DNA of 64,000 bases from Ascidiella aspersa (Eukaryota): contig OZ004608.1 of the NCBI GenBank assembly GCA_963924565.1, forward strand, positions 34,348,001 to 34,412,000, in the 5' to 3' direction. The translations under genes and the position numbers were made by a program. The notes beneath the pieces are model-generated. The model saw only the letters and a program-made list of their open reading frames with translations, was not told where the DNA came from and searched no databases. The stretch's first letter is position 1; each line of letters opens with the position of its first letter. This document shows, piece by piece, positions 27,401-42,400 of this stretch.

Positions 27401-30400
27401 ACAAACAGTGACTTAATCAAGTGCAAGCATAACCGTTAAAGTTTTCAGTGTTAAAATTTTGAAGCAAAGCTTATATAAAGTGTGAAGTTAAGCCTTAATT
27501 AATAAGTTGTGGATGGAGAATCAGGCTTTAATATTAGAAAAGCAAAAATAGTTTTGACCCCAAGCCTTGAACATAATAATATCGCACCAGTGCAATGGCA
27601 CCTTGTCACAGAATACTAGCTTATTGAAGGCGAAAAGGGTAACTTACTAGGTCCTGAAGCGTATGATTGCAGAAGTACGCTAATTTTCCGTTAACAATCT
27701 TGTTAGACATGACTATAATGACAAGAAAGTCGAATAGTCTGACAACAAGCGTCAAACGTAAGAATCAACTCACAATAAGCTTCTGCATTTGTTATACAAG
27801 ACACTTAGGAAAAAATTTCTCGTTTAAACGCAGAACTTAGGGTGATTTCTTGATACAGAAATCTTTGTATATGGCCGTATTTGTATAATTCTAAATATAG
27901 GAATCAGGTGGCACTGTATATAAAGACAAATTGTATTTGATTCTCGACAAGCTTTCGCACAACCGTGCTTCATCAGGTCAATGTATAAAATCAAAGTATA
28001 TAAAGGTTTTATACTTTGACCTGATGAAGCACGGTTGTGCGAAAGCTTGTCGAGAATCAAATACAATTTGTCTTTATACAGTGCCACCTGATTCCTCTAT
28101 CTTGATACAGAAAGTCAGTCACATTTGTTGAGGTTTTGGTAAGGCAGTATTACAAAACAAATCATTTGTAAATCACTCTCAGAACAAATCTCAACCGTCA
28201 GAATAACGCATAAAATGACTCACAATAAGCTTCTGCATTTGGTTCTCCCGTTCGATGACCAGCTCCTTGAGTTGATTGATCATGTCAACATCTTCCGGAC
28301 GACTCTCTCGTCTCTCGAATCGTTCCTCAGCCTCTCGCAATCTGGGAGGAAGAAGAAAAACAGGATTAAATCTGTTTCTTCGGCAAAAACTCAAGCAAGC
28401 GAGACAACAACAACCTTTTAGTTAAAATATTAAAAAGACACCCTTTTGACATTTGGAAACAATCCATAACCTTTAATAACCAAGAAAAAGCAAATCTTTA
28501 AACGGAAAGTAAAATGTAGTTCCCATTTTAAACATAGAAAAATAAAAAAGTCTGGGAGAATAGAAAAAACTACCTCATTTACACATCCGAAACCAAATCA
28601 AAATCACTTTTCATGTGGAGAGTAAAATCATTTTTATGTTTTATGTGGGTGGAGAGTTTATGGATAAACGATATTTATAAAATTAAAGTTAACAAAAAAT
28701 CAACAACGTACGCGACAGTAAGAGAAGAGAGCTTATCTTTAAACAATAGCAGCAACTTATGTATAAAGAATATTTTATTTTTTTATGTATAAAATAATAT
28801 TTAAAACACAAAAAAATCAACAACGTACGCGATATAAGAAATGGACAGTTTGTCTTTACACTATATAAAAAATTAATAGTTAATAAAAAAAAAGCAGCAA
28901 CTTACGCGATATTCAGGGTTGAGAGTTTATCCTTGAGTGCTTCAGTCGCCCGGTTGAAATCATTCACCATCGCTTGCTTCTGACGAATCACCTCCGCCTC
29001 GAATCGATCCTGCTTCCCCTGGAACTTTGTAAGCAGTTCTTCTTCCCTCCTGCGCATCTCCACGTTGGCTTCGCTCCTCACCCGGAGGATCTCGTGTCCT
29101 GAGGAGAAAGACGGTCATTGTGTGGCACTAGGATGCAGTGTTGTAATGACTTAAATCAATGACTTGACTTAACTTGACTTAACTTGACTTAACTTGACTT
29201 AACTTGACTTAACTTGACTTAACTTGACTTAACTTGACTTAACTTGACTTAACTTGACTTAACTTGACTTAACTTGACTTAACTTGACTTAACTTGACTT
29301 AACTTGACTTAACTTGACTTAACTTGACTTAACTTGACTTAACTTGACTTAACTTAACTTGACTTACTTAAGTGCATTTAAGTCACTGTTTTCAAATGAC
29401 TTAACTTGACTTAAGTCTTGTGGACAAATGACTTGGGTTAAAATGAAGTGATTTCCTGAGTATTTTTGTTATAAAACTGTGCTATTTATCCTAATTTTTG
29501 CAAATAAAATAATTTGCACTCGTGTCCTGAGGAGGAAGACGATCATTGTGTGGATAAAAAAATCAAGCTGAGCAAGAGTATGTGTTTGAAAGAGTAATAT
29601 ACAGTACACAGGGTGATTTTATTTTCTGCCATGTGTAAGCTATGGCTCTTTTATGGAAAAACTGAAAAATGTGGCGCTGGGTATCTGACCAGTCCACCCA
29701 ACACTAGTGGTACGCGCGCATGTTTAAGATCTTATAAAAATTTTCGGAAATTTAACGTAATTCTGTATAACTGTGGCAATAATGTTTTCTAATACTAAAT
29801 TAAACCGGTCAATCTAAAATCTAAAATTTGCAGCTTGCTGTAGGATCGGAAAATATATTTTTTTGGTTTTAAAAAACATAAATACATTTCATCAAAGTTG
29901 TTTGTTTTAAAACCGGGTGGTGCACAACGGCAAGAAAAAAGGTACCAAGTCAGAGCAGAGGTGTAGCCATGCAGGGTATTTTGCGCCAGGGGGCAAACTA
30001 TAAAATTGGCGCCCCTCCTTCATGTTTAATCACATTTTCTATTACAATAACATAATATACCTTACTTTAAACGTAAAAACGATTCACATTTTAATACAAC
30101 ATGGTATTTAAAGAAAAATCAGCCTCATTTTGGCTTTTGAAAGCCTCATTTTGGCGCCCCTGTACCTTGGCGCCCGGGGACATATGTACCCCACCGCACC
30201 CCCCTAGCTACGCCTCTAAGTCAGAGTGTCTTAACCTTATGTACGGCGACCTGAATACTAAGCGTATGTATAAGTAAATATAACAGAAAAGCGTTGGCAG
30301 ATTTAGGGGAGAAAAGGGTTAACACATTGTAGTCGGAAATAAGTAACCTTGTAAAATCATCCGACCAAACAAGATATAATATGTTGTTGTGGTCCAGCAT

Positions 30401-33400
30401 CGGTGTACATTTCCAACCAAAGTAAAACTACCTGGACGTTTATTCAACACAAGCATTACAACCGATTAGGAAGGTAGTTCAAATTTCCAATAACCACATC
30501 CGCAGAACGCATCGAAATTCACCACACAACATCACAAGATCTTTTAAACGTTTAAAAACCTAATATAGGTCGTAGTATACTGTATAGGTTAACCTGGATT
30601 ACAACTTTACAACAACTAACGATTTAAACACGCCTAAACGATTTTTGACCTTTATCGTAAATCCTTTGCAGGACATTATTTTGAAACCCATGCACGAGTT
30701 TGAACGACGCTCGTGGTATTGTTACATAATTGAGCCTATTGTCTTTCGTGAATGACACTAATGGGACATTAGAATGAGAGGGGCTCGAAAAGAAAACACG
30801 AAGGAAAACGTTTAGTAAAATATGGTTTGCTCGAATGCTTTTTTCAATTTTTTATTCTGTACAGGGCGGCGTTTTTCTTGGTAAGGTGCCTTTAAGAACG
30901 AGCAAACAGTAAACCATACTATAAAGCCTTTGTAACATCCTTAACAAGCACATTTTAGTGCAAAATGAGGCGGTGAATCTACAATTACATAATTTTCTGT
31001 AAAGCACTAAAACTAGTATTCATGCGACAGCAGATTTAACACGATACACCTACATTCGGTTGGGAGTCGATATAGCCTTTTTTCTCGCGAGTATAGCTTA
31101 CAAAACAACCTTACAATGCTTGCGTGCATGCGGTGAGGCTTCGCTTAAGTTCAGGGTGCATTAAAATATGCGCAATCGCAAAGAAAAGGGCGCTGAGGAA
31201 CAATTGCCTTGCGTTTCGGCTGCAATTTAGGCTTATCGCGCCTAGCCGGAATACACACGGCACCATTTAGGGAAGATGGCGTCGCTAATGTACGTGGCGG
31301 AGTGGAGCTGTCTTTAGCCAATACGCAGTTTTGTGTTAGAGATTGGGGTTTATTGTTTTAAGGCGAAAATGAGTTTATTGTTTTAAGGAGAAAAAATGAA
31401 GGCCACAAAAATATGATTACAGGGTTCTAAAGATCATCTGTGACTGTTCTCACGCAAACCAGTCTAACATGGGCCGATCGAGGCGATTCCTGCTACCTTT
31501 GCAAATTTTGGCAATGTTTTTGTTCTACCCCTTGGCCAATTTTAAAAGCCGCTGTAAAACGCGATGATTTTACTTTTTGAGGTGTAGGACTATAGATGTG
31601 TTACTATTGATCATTGAAGAACTCAGTGGGGCACTTTCACGTATGATAGTTGGCGTAACAACTAAAAAAGACCCAGGAAAAAGTCTTACTTATTCATAAC
31701 GACAACATCATTAAAGATTTATTTTTACTTATTTTTTCTGGAAGGTTTTAACCACAAAAAAGGCTATGAGAATTGGAAAAGATGTGATTGGAGGAACAAA
31801 TGTTTGCCAAACTAATCCACTATTATCCCACTAATATAATTTGAAATTATAATCTAAGACTGAAGTTCAGATTCCCAAACTGTGTTAAATAAAACAATCG
31901 TCTTTCGCATTTGTTGAAATATCCGCCACTATACTTTCACATCAATTTTCAACATCTCGAATGAAAAGAAAAAATGGCCGAAAAAGAGCCTCAAAAGGTG
32001 CCGGCCACTGTGAAGCGGCCTCAAACTCTGGCCAACAAAATTTGCGCGATCCCGAATTGGAAAGCTTTGAAACAAAAGGCGTATTGTCGTCACAAACAAC
32101 AATATACGAGGAATGGGGATCGGGGCTCGAGTGAATCATATCTGAGGTTTGGATCGCAGTGTATCGTGTACTTTGGCACGTGCGTGTGTTTATCTCGGTT
32201 ATATGTGGGTTTAAAGATGGAGAAATTGTGTATTGGAGCGACTGCGCAACATTGAAAACATGAGTTCTGACGCAAAGTGCGTATTGGACAAAGCAGGGTT
32301 TGAAAATTTAATAAAGAGATTTTACCACGGACGGTGTAAGATAACCAATGTGCTATGCAGGCAAACTTTCTTTTAAATTTTAAAAAGCATTACCCTTTTT
32401 ACGGTTCTTCTACGTTAAATTGATTTGGCTAAAAAAAGACAACAAACTTTAGTATTCTATGAGTGGGTTTAATAGGGCGAAATTGTGTACTTAGTTTTTG
32501 AACGAACTCGAGTTTCGGCCAAGACAGACTAAATTGTTCTTTTTATGTTTTTTTTCACATCGGTCTTTGTCACTGACATTATGCAAATCATGAAAATTAG
32601 CGGGCTAAAATAGTAAGGTGGTAGACACCTAAAACTCTTTGAAAAACTGTTTTTTTTATTTCTTTGAAATCTCATTAAAAAATGGGAAACATTGTGTTAG
32701 ATCATAAACAAAATTAATGCATAAAAAATATATATTACCAATTTTTAATTATACTAACGAAATCACTTTATGTTGGACTCGTAAAAAAGGGCTTTTAAAA
32801 TACGATATAATTTACCAAACCCGCAAAACACTTTAATCAAGTGACGAATTCAATTCGTGACGTCACCCCTACCTTTCATTTCGAGCTCCCGATTGACAGT
32901 TGACAACGATTCGTTCTGTTCCGTGACCTTGTCCCTGAGGTTGTGCAATTGTGACGTCGAACTTCGCAGCTCCATTTCGAGGTCGCTCAACTGGAACGAA
33001 AATATGTGTGACGTCATTTTAAGTTCTTTCAAATAAATGTAAAGATTGACCGGTGAATGAGTGTTTTTTTGTTTTTTTTTTGAGTGTCAAAATTTTTTTT
33101 TTTCTGCAAAAACTTAAGCCAAAATAAATGAATTGAAAACGAATTGCAATAAATTTAATTGAACTATAATTATATTTGTTTTTTATTAGTAAATTTTTTA
33201 TCTAAACGGGTATTTTTGTCGCGAACGTTTTACTTTTGGTGAAATTAGACGTGAATCTCAAGGGCGTCCACCATGTAAATTGGTTAAAAAAATAAAAAAT
33301 AATCTATTTATTTTTGCAAACAGCGGACACTTGAGGCAGTAACAAAATTGTATTTTTTTTTGAAAGGCTAAAGGGTGTCTTCGGTATATTAGATTTTATA

Positions 33401-36400
33401 TACCACTAAAATAAGTACTTCGTTTAAGCAAATTTAGTTAGTTTTAGTTTATTAGAAATTTGTAAATTAAAATAGGCATGAAAAATACTGTCTCCTATAG
33501 CCTTTAAATGTCCCAAGTGTGTTCAAACTAAGGGTTAAAAATGCACAAAGCACTGCGGTAAAATAAGGGAGGTTTCTAGTTACGTCCTTAAACTCCGAAA
33601 CAAGAATTTCTCAAACGCGACAAAAGCGGCGGTTATGTGTATTTTTGCGTCGCATAAGGCTGCATAGATGTCTATCGTGACTATCGTGTGCATTAAAGGC
33701 GACCAAATGACTGGGTTTGTCCAGAAATTGCACAGGGGCGCGGGATTTGGCGATAAGCAAGCCAAGTAAAGTGACTGATGCCAGCGTTCCAAATGTCTGT
33801 TCAAAGCTCAGACCAATGCGCGACCTTTTTATAAATTGGGCCGAAAATTTTTTGCTTTAGTTTGCTTTGGTATGTTTCCGACCGATTTTTGTCCGGAGCT
33901 TTTTAGAAAAAGTATACATCGTAGAATTAAAAAAATTCCAGATATGACGTAGAGTGATACGTAGGTACAATTCAAAGGTTTAGGAGCCTGCCCCCTCTAA
34001 GGACCTTTAGTTGGGGACAAAAAACTAAAATAGTGTGACGTCTTACTTTTAGTTCTTTGTGGCTATCTACTCCTATCTAGTATTTCGACCGAGACCAACC
34101 GCAAACAAATACAGCGTAAATCGAATGTTTCAGCAATCGCAAAGTTGTAGTTTTTCGTGGGCGATTTTTATCAGTGCGAATTTCTCACGGATTTTGAATC
34201 GATTTAAAAAATCGTGATTAAATCGCTGTTTGTCGGACGAAACAAGACGTTTTATTTCTGGAAATTGTATCTTTAAAAATCTTCGTGTCAGCAAGAGACG
34301 GTGGCAACTGAGAAACACAGAAAACTTATAATCGCAATCCTTTGAAGTTTAGAGATATACTGACGGCCTGAAGATATATTGCGATCTTTTAACTTCGTAG
34401 ATATAGTGAGATTTTCCAATTGCGCAGATACATTAAAATCCTACCACTTTGTAGATATATCGGGACTCGCCACTTTAAATATATTGAAATTTTCTTCCTT
34501 TGTAGATCGATTGATATTTTTAAAAAATTACCATTTTAGAACTAGAATTTACCAACCTTGCAGATATATTGCGATTATGTTTTTTCCTCAGTACCTAACG
34601 CTTTAGGGTTAAAAGCTTTCGTGGTTTCGTGTACACAGGAGCTGCGATAAGAATTGCTAGCGCTAGAAACGGTGAGTAATTATGCGTGATGCGTCAGTGC
34701 AGTGTGCAATATGCGGTTTATCCAGCTCTAGCTTCACATGTGTTGTAATGACTGAAGTCAATGACTTGACTTAAGTGCACTTAGGTCACTGTTTCCAATT
34801 GACTTGACTTTAGTCGTTTTGCTAAAATGACTTGATTTGAAGTCTTTTAGACAAATGACTCGGACTAAGTCATTGAGTCAAATGACATGGGTTGAAATTA
34901 AGTACTTTAATTTAACATTTTATTATAAAATTATGAGCTATTCATCTCAAGCATTGCACGTAATACATTAGATTGCTCCATGTTGTTTTTCGTTATTTTT
35001 AAGTCGAATTATATACAACCATATGACATCTAGGATCGGTTCCGATCCACTTTTATCGGGCATCCCTGATTAGGACCGTCACTAAATTTACCCCTAAAAC
35101 ATGTTTGTAAGCATTTCAAGAAAAAATCACAAAACTGCGAGCTTTCAACAGTTGTTCAAGCCTGAAGTAGTTAGGAAATTTCTCGAAAAAAGCCATCCGG
35201 AAACGCCTTGTTTACAAATATGATTAACGAGCTCTTTTTTCCATTACGACATTCGCGTATCTATGACGTCATAGTGCGTCTGGCATATCACTTTGCGCAA
35301 ATCGCGGCATTTCGTTTGCGCAGCGTCTGGCATTTCACAAGCAAGAAGACCTTGTTTCATCCCGTGTTATTTATCCGGGGGCCGCCTTTTTAGGGGTCAT
35401 GTTTAGGCGTTTTCTTAAACAATGACGTCACAATGCACGTCCGGAACATAAAATACGTCAGTTAAAAGTTATACTGGCAAATCACGTTATGTTCTCTTAT
35501 TATTATACTTTGAGTTAATTAAATTTAATAGCAATTGATTTTTCTTACAATAATTTTTTAGGAAACTGAAAAAAATTGGTTTAAAACAAATAATTATTGT
35601 TACAAGCACGGATTTAAAAAAGATAATGCTTATCTTTGATGTAAATTTCCATCCTTGAATGTTAATATGTAGGGCAGAAATTGTATGTTTAGGACCCAAC
35701 CTTTTTTTTGAGGGCAAATTTTACTTTGTTGTCATAATTTAGTTCTAAATATCACAAGTTGTAAATACTGAAACGTATCAGACACAAAAAACACAAAATG
35801 GTGACCAAACCCTCATTTTCGCGCACTAATAGGTTGACAAACCTAATTTTATGCCGCTTTTTTAATAAGATAAAAAACTAATTATTTGTTTACCTTTCTG
35901 TTGTATTCCTCGTCACGCCTTGCTGCGTTCTGCTGCTGAAGCTCCAGGTCCGACTTCGCTGTAGCGAGTTGGCCCTCGTATTGGCGAGTGACGTCATCAA
36001 TTGCCGAGGCTTGCTGGTGCAACATTTCGCTCCGTACCTCCTCTGGCGGAAAGAATATAATTTGGTTACAACACCTAGGTGGCGCTACAGAATATCTGAT
36101 ACAAGCTTAATTTAATCGGCCAAGCGATATAATGTCGTTTAGGTTTGTTAAATATTTAACGGTTAATCGACTTTGGCAACGTGTTTATTCATTTTATTGC
36201 AATGTTTCTCAACCTATAGGACGCGAACCGAAATTGTTTAGCCGTTTGATTTGGTTGTGTCGCCGACTGTGGTCGGGGTACGCGATTGCATTTATTTGGA
36301 TTAGGGCTGGGCATGATATGTCCAAAAAAATAGAAATTGCGGAATAAACGCAAATACATGGCGTATAACAATTGAACTCGAATTTATTTATGCTATTCGT

Positions 36401-39400
36401 GTCACTCCCCCTGGTCATTAATTGCACTCCTGAAGTTCCCGTAACAACATTCTTATTTCCAGCTAGTTATCCATAGGTTTTTACTTTGACTTAGTTAGTA
36501 TTTTACTCTTGAATAGTTCGGCCTTCTCATCTGTTTAAACATTGTGTAACTACGCGCATAAGTCGTAGTCCATAGGTTTATGTGTATATTGTCGCTCTTT
36601 GTGGATAACCGATGGGTTTAAGTTAGGAATGAACATTTGGTCTTCCATGGAAGCATTGAACTAAAATGCGGTTGGTTCTTTTTGAAGTTCCCCGAAACAG
36701 AATACTTATTTTCTGAGCATCCTTAGGTTTAACTATGCTTGGCTAGTTTGTAAGTTTTGTACAAAAATCCGTACTTCCATGTTAAACCTCATAATGATGT
36801 ATCCTCTTCACAGGAAGCTCAACAAATTTAAAGACATAATTACATTTCACAACTTATAATGTTGATAGATATTTTAGGGTCCCGAATCTCACCGAGGTCG
36901 TTCCGATAGTCCTCCTCTTTCTTCTCAATTTCTCCCATCTTCTCCCTTCTCATCTGATCCCTGAGAGCATCCAGGGCGATCTGCTGAGCGCGCATCTGGG
37001 AGTGCATCTCCTCCCTGGAACAATCAGCTCAAGTTAGTTCGCAGTTAATACTCATGTTAGCTTAAGCAACGATTTACTAAAAAGGCCTTAGGTAATCTTT
37101 GGAGCATAATGGTGGAGGTTGTAGCAAGACGCAGTACAAATAACAAAGCCCATACAGAAGAAGGTATCATTTTGAATGACGTTGAAAATGAATACAGAGT
37201 TATTCCAAACGTTCAAAAAGATACCTATACTTCTGCGTGGGCTTTGATATTTTTACTACGCCTTAGAATGATTTACCAAAATAAGTTAGTTCGCAGTTTC
37301 CACTCAGACGGTTGAGTGAGGCGAAAATGCAGACTTTGAAGCATTTTATTATTATTTTTAATGAAAAAAGGATATGTTTAGCGATGACTTGAAAAAGTTT
37401 AAAGGTAAACATATTTGTCCAATGTGACCGATCTGTTCTGTCTATTGATTTGGAATCCCCTTACATGTATACTGCTGAGTTTCGAAGAGAAATCAAACTG
37501 TAAATAGCATTTTCTAGGGGTATCTTTTACTTATTATTTCAGGAAAAATCGTAAATATGGGATTTGCTACGTCTTTCTGCAACCTAAACCAAAATAACGT
37601 CGAGGATGACTCGTTTTATCAGAACATTAGAAGAATGATACCAAGATTTATTTATATGTATGGAAAGTCACCTGTGTCCCGACTGAAGACGACTTTCCAG
37701 GTTGCGAAATTCACTTTCCTTGCGCTGCTCCAGTGCGGCGAGCGCCATCTTGTGAGAGCCCTCTAAATGTTCCACCTGGAAAGTTTAATGAGAACATTTG
37801 TCGATACTCACCTAAAAATCTATTTTATATTAATTTATGTAAATATGTGTTGCAAAAAGTTCCTTTTAGCAGAAGTTACGCCCGTCAAAACTTTAAGAGA
37901 CCGCGCAACATATTTTAATGCTTTGATATAAATTATATGAACCAGGAAATATCACTATATCCATAATGACCATAATAGTAATATTCCAAGAGCCTCTGGT
38001 AAAGTAGTTGGTATGAGTACGGATTTAAGTGATAAAATAAATATATTCTGTGGTAAACGTTTTAATTTTTATTGTTTTCAAAATTAGACTGACCTTCATT
38101 TAATCTAGGAAGCTAAAGGGGTCCGTCATATGATTAAGTTTGAGAGCCACTGCTTTGGGAAATACTTAAAAATCAGTGTTGATTTCAGTTTTCTTAGGTT
38201 ATTTTCAAGGTGTTTACTTTTGAATTTAACCTTCTCACCTTGGAAGAGAATTGATCCTCCTTCTCCTGCGCCTCGCTCCGGAGCCTTCTCTCCAGATCTC
38301 CCATGCTACTGCTCCTCTCTTCCAACCGGCGCTCCATCTCTCTCCGCTCCTCCTCGCTCTTGTGACGCATTTCGGACATCTGTGACGAAACAATTGGTTT
38401 TAATTTTGAAAAATGCTTTAAGGCAGTTGGTACTGTTCAGGGTTAGGGTGGGCAATGGGTGGGGTTCGAATTGGTAAGGGAGTTAGTGGTGAAGTCAGGG
38501 GCAGAATTTTGGAGTACGTAAAAGGTGGTTGGATCTTACTTCTCTTAGATTTGAGCTAGCCCTCTTTGAAGGGAAAGTAATATACGGGCAGGAGCCTTCG
38601 ATTTGGTGCCAAGTTTATTTATCACAAAAACGATTCAAACAGATTAAGTTGGGCATTGCGCTGTTATTCTAACCGACAAAACTTCTCAAAAAACTTAATA
38701 AAATTATAAAGTTAACATTACAAGCATTATAACATTATGAATTCATTAATGGCCAATGCATAACATTAAGATCACGGGCCAAAATACGAGTTAGCGGGAC
38801 AGTATAGTTGGACCACGCTGATTAAGTGAAAACAAGAGCATGTTGGTTGAAAACACGGGTTGGTAAACTTGGCTAATTACGATTATGCAGAACAGGTTTT
38901 ATTATAAAATTCAGCCACCACCCACCGAAATGAGAATAAAATCAACGTCAGAACAAAACACGGTTCGAAACACGACTACGGACAAAGTAAAGATTTTGGA
39001 ATAAGGACCTTGAGCCCATTAGAAGAAAACTAAATCGCCAGAACAAGATTTAAACAAGTAAAAACAGCAGCAGCATGGTCGAACCTGAGCGGCGAGTTGT
39101 CTGATCTGCTCCTCCCACCCCTCTTTAGCTGCTCTCATCTCCTCCTCTTTCCTCTGCTCCAAATCCCTCGTCATTTCACGTCGTTCGTCCACGTGCTGTG
39201 ACGCCAGGCGGCTCTGGAGCTCGGAAAGTTTCAACCTGCAGAACGTAACCAACGTAGGGATGTGAGCGAGTTTGAACGCATAGCAGCTAGAAAGCTTTAG
39301 TAAAGTCTGTTTTTGTTGGTATTTTTTCATAGTCGTGTTTGGAGTGGTGCTGTTTTAAACCGTAACGTTTTAAACGTCCGACTTAGAAGCAGTAAATTTT

Positions 39401-42400
39401 ATTGGGCCAAAATTAATCTCATTGACTTAACATTGCAGGCTTTCTAATGTATTGCAATCTACTAGAACTGGTGTACGTTGTTTAGTTATTTTATCATTTT
39501 TGATCTTTTTTTTAGTAATTAGAAATACATTTCACCTAACTGAATACAAATTTGACTTTAAGCGTAAAACAGAAAATCAAGTTCAAGTTTTTGACGATTT
39601 CTCAAACACACTGTTTATTATTCGATTTCACAGGATATGGCTTTGTGTTTTTTCTACTAGAAATTATTGCTTTGATATTTCAATTTCTCAGGTCAAAATT
39701 CATCTAATCGAAATTTCTGCAACCTTAAATATAAGTCATCACAATGCCCGAACAATGAAGTCATTCTTAGTTTTCTTACGTCATTCTTTCTTCCCACTTT
39801 TCGTCCAACTCCTTCCTCAGCCCCTCTAGCGCACTCTGGTGGTCGGAGTGCAAGCACGACACCTTGCGGTCGTGTTCGGCCTGCATATGCTTCATGTCCC
39901 TCCTAAAAGTAAAAATGATTTTCAAATTGCAAGTCGTGGAACCAAGAGGGTCCTTAGTTGTTTAAGGGAAAATTTCGTAATTCAAACAGAGTTGTTTCAA
40001 TATTTTTGTTTAAAAAATATCTTTTTAAATTTTTGTGCTACAGGTTGCAGATTCAAACCTTTATTTCAAAATATGATCCAAGGCAATGTATTTCGTGCAA
40101 AGTACGTTTTACTAATTGAAAAACATATGTAAATGTTACAATCTGAGAATAATGCAGGTAATAGCTCTCTTGGAAAAGTATTTTGTTGCTAATTCAGTAA
40201 AAAGCCACCTGGTGGTACTGGTTATTCTTACAATATAATTTCAGTTAAAATAGCTCTACATTTATTCCTCGACTCGTATTGTCTTCGTGCTGTAAACCTG
40301 ATTTAACTAAGCACAAGTTTACAAAAATCAACAACATCCGAAACCACGTAATGAACATGATTTGTTCACAGCTTTAAATAAACACAACAAACACACATAA
40401 AAATTGGTGCCCCACCTGACTTGGTCTGCACTGGTTTCCACCGTTCTTCTTCGCGCGTCAGAATCGCGGACCTCGTTCTCAAGGTCACCGATGCGCGCCC
40501 GAAGGTCACCGATGCGCGTGCTTGCGTCGCCCAGGCCGCTCTCGTGCGTGCTGATGACGTCGGTGAGCCGCGCGATCTGCGAAAAAAATGACGTCACATG
40601 ATCGGATTTTTTTTGTCTGTTAAACACAACATTTAGTGTATCACTGTTAAAGGGGTTGTCTTCTTTGCAATTTCCAAATATTCAATTCCGGTACTGCTCA
40701 GTTTTTTTTCTGTTCAGTAAGTATTGGGCATGTTACCGAGAAATGATTATGTTTTTCATGAGTTATAGTTGAATATATCAATCAAATTTTGTATAAGTTA
40801 AATTGGCACGAATTAAAATTAGAATATCAACTCAAGTAAATGATACCTACTGTATGGGCTTTGATATTCTTATTACGTCTTACTACAACCTCCAACCATT
40901 ATGCTCCAAAACTCAAATAGATTGATTTTTCCTGTAGTTATTTGTAAAGATTTGTAGGTTCTATATAAAAATCAAAATAAATAATAAACAGTTATATTGC
41001 TAAAGTGAAAATACAACAAAACTAGATAAGTGTTTTTCATGGGTTGATTTTGGGGCTGTGGGTTGTAGGCTTGATATTAATCCAGTTAATTTGAGGCATT
41101 ATTGAAATTAAATGGTTTATTTTATATTTTTTTATTTTTCAATGGTTTTGGGTTCAACTACAAATTGTAGGGCAAATATGAAAACTGGAACTTATACAGC
41201 ATTATCATTAACATTATCGAATCATCAACGACTTTGTTTAACTAACAAGTGATTTGGTAGAATAATGGTGTGATGGGAAATGTGTAGTGTCGCTGTCAAG
41301 AGCGCTTCTCATAGTTGAAGGACCCTCAGTATATTTGTTGACTCCAATCGTATATAAGTGTATTTAAATGCGTGGACTACAATAGTAGAAAATCACTATT
41401 TCCGAGTTTAGATGTTTTAAACATTAAAAACCCTTCGTCAGCTTTAGAGATATTTTAAAATTTAAAGATAGGCAAAAACGGGGGCAAATGTATTGTTTAA
41501 CATTAAATTATGCTTTTCTAATTTATGTTTTCACCTCTGAATTTTGTTGTATAAATTTTACACAAATTTTACAAACGGATCTTGCAAATGAATGATTTGA
41601 AGTTAAATTATGCTTAGCTAATTTAATTTTTCACTATAGTTTTATTTTCCTAAAGTAGATTAGACATATAAAAAAAAAACATATTTTCTTCAGGAAAAAA
41701 GTAAGCAACGTTTGCAAAACAACAATTGCAATCTCACACTCACACCTTACTTACAATCTCGTAAGGCAACGTAAAGCTTGTTTAACAAATAACAATCAGG
41801 CTGTGTGACGTCACAGTGGCACTTGGTTGTGAAGTCACGCAAGGCATAGAGCCCGGATGCGAGTTCCAGCTAATGTTATCAATTTACGATAATCCGTTCG
41901 TAACCTTCCAGCACACACCTAATTAAACTGGCGACTTGGAAAGGAATGCTGTGTATGTCGTGTGCGGTTTAAGAAGGCGTTTTGCGTCTCAGAGTAAAAT
42001 CTCTGAGATTTAACGATTTTAATGTGTTAATGAGAAATGTCTGATACTTGACATTATACCCCGTTAACGATACCCGATATTTAAGACAATATACCGCAAT
42101 CCGTTCCAACACCAAATTATGTCATCACTATAATCAAACAAGCAAAATATTTAAAATTGAAACGTTTAAAGGTAAAGTTTATTAGCCCAAATTTGCTTCA
42201 CCGTGTAGAACTCAGTTACTTATAGTTGTAAACCTACTACTTCTTTATGATAAATTCAACTTTTAAGGTAGAACCGCTACATTGGATCGAAAATTTTGGC
42301 TAGAACGAATTATTTTATTAATTTGGTATCAAAAATTAGTTATTTATCAATATGAAGGCAATTTTTTTGCTAATTTTTTTTAGTGAAAGGGGGGACAACC

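Noticed and set aside
29161-29365. CRISPR-like or telomeric array
   Set aside because: No spacers and not a telomere unit; it is a simple decamer expansion inside a dispersed repeat
41375-41447. Minus-strand CTGACGA...GGAAA hammerhead-like fold
   Set aside because: Helices II and III can be drawn, but helix I does not pair and there is an extra base before GAAA
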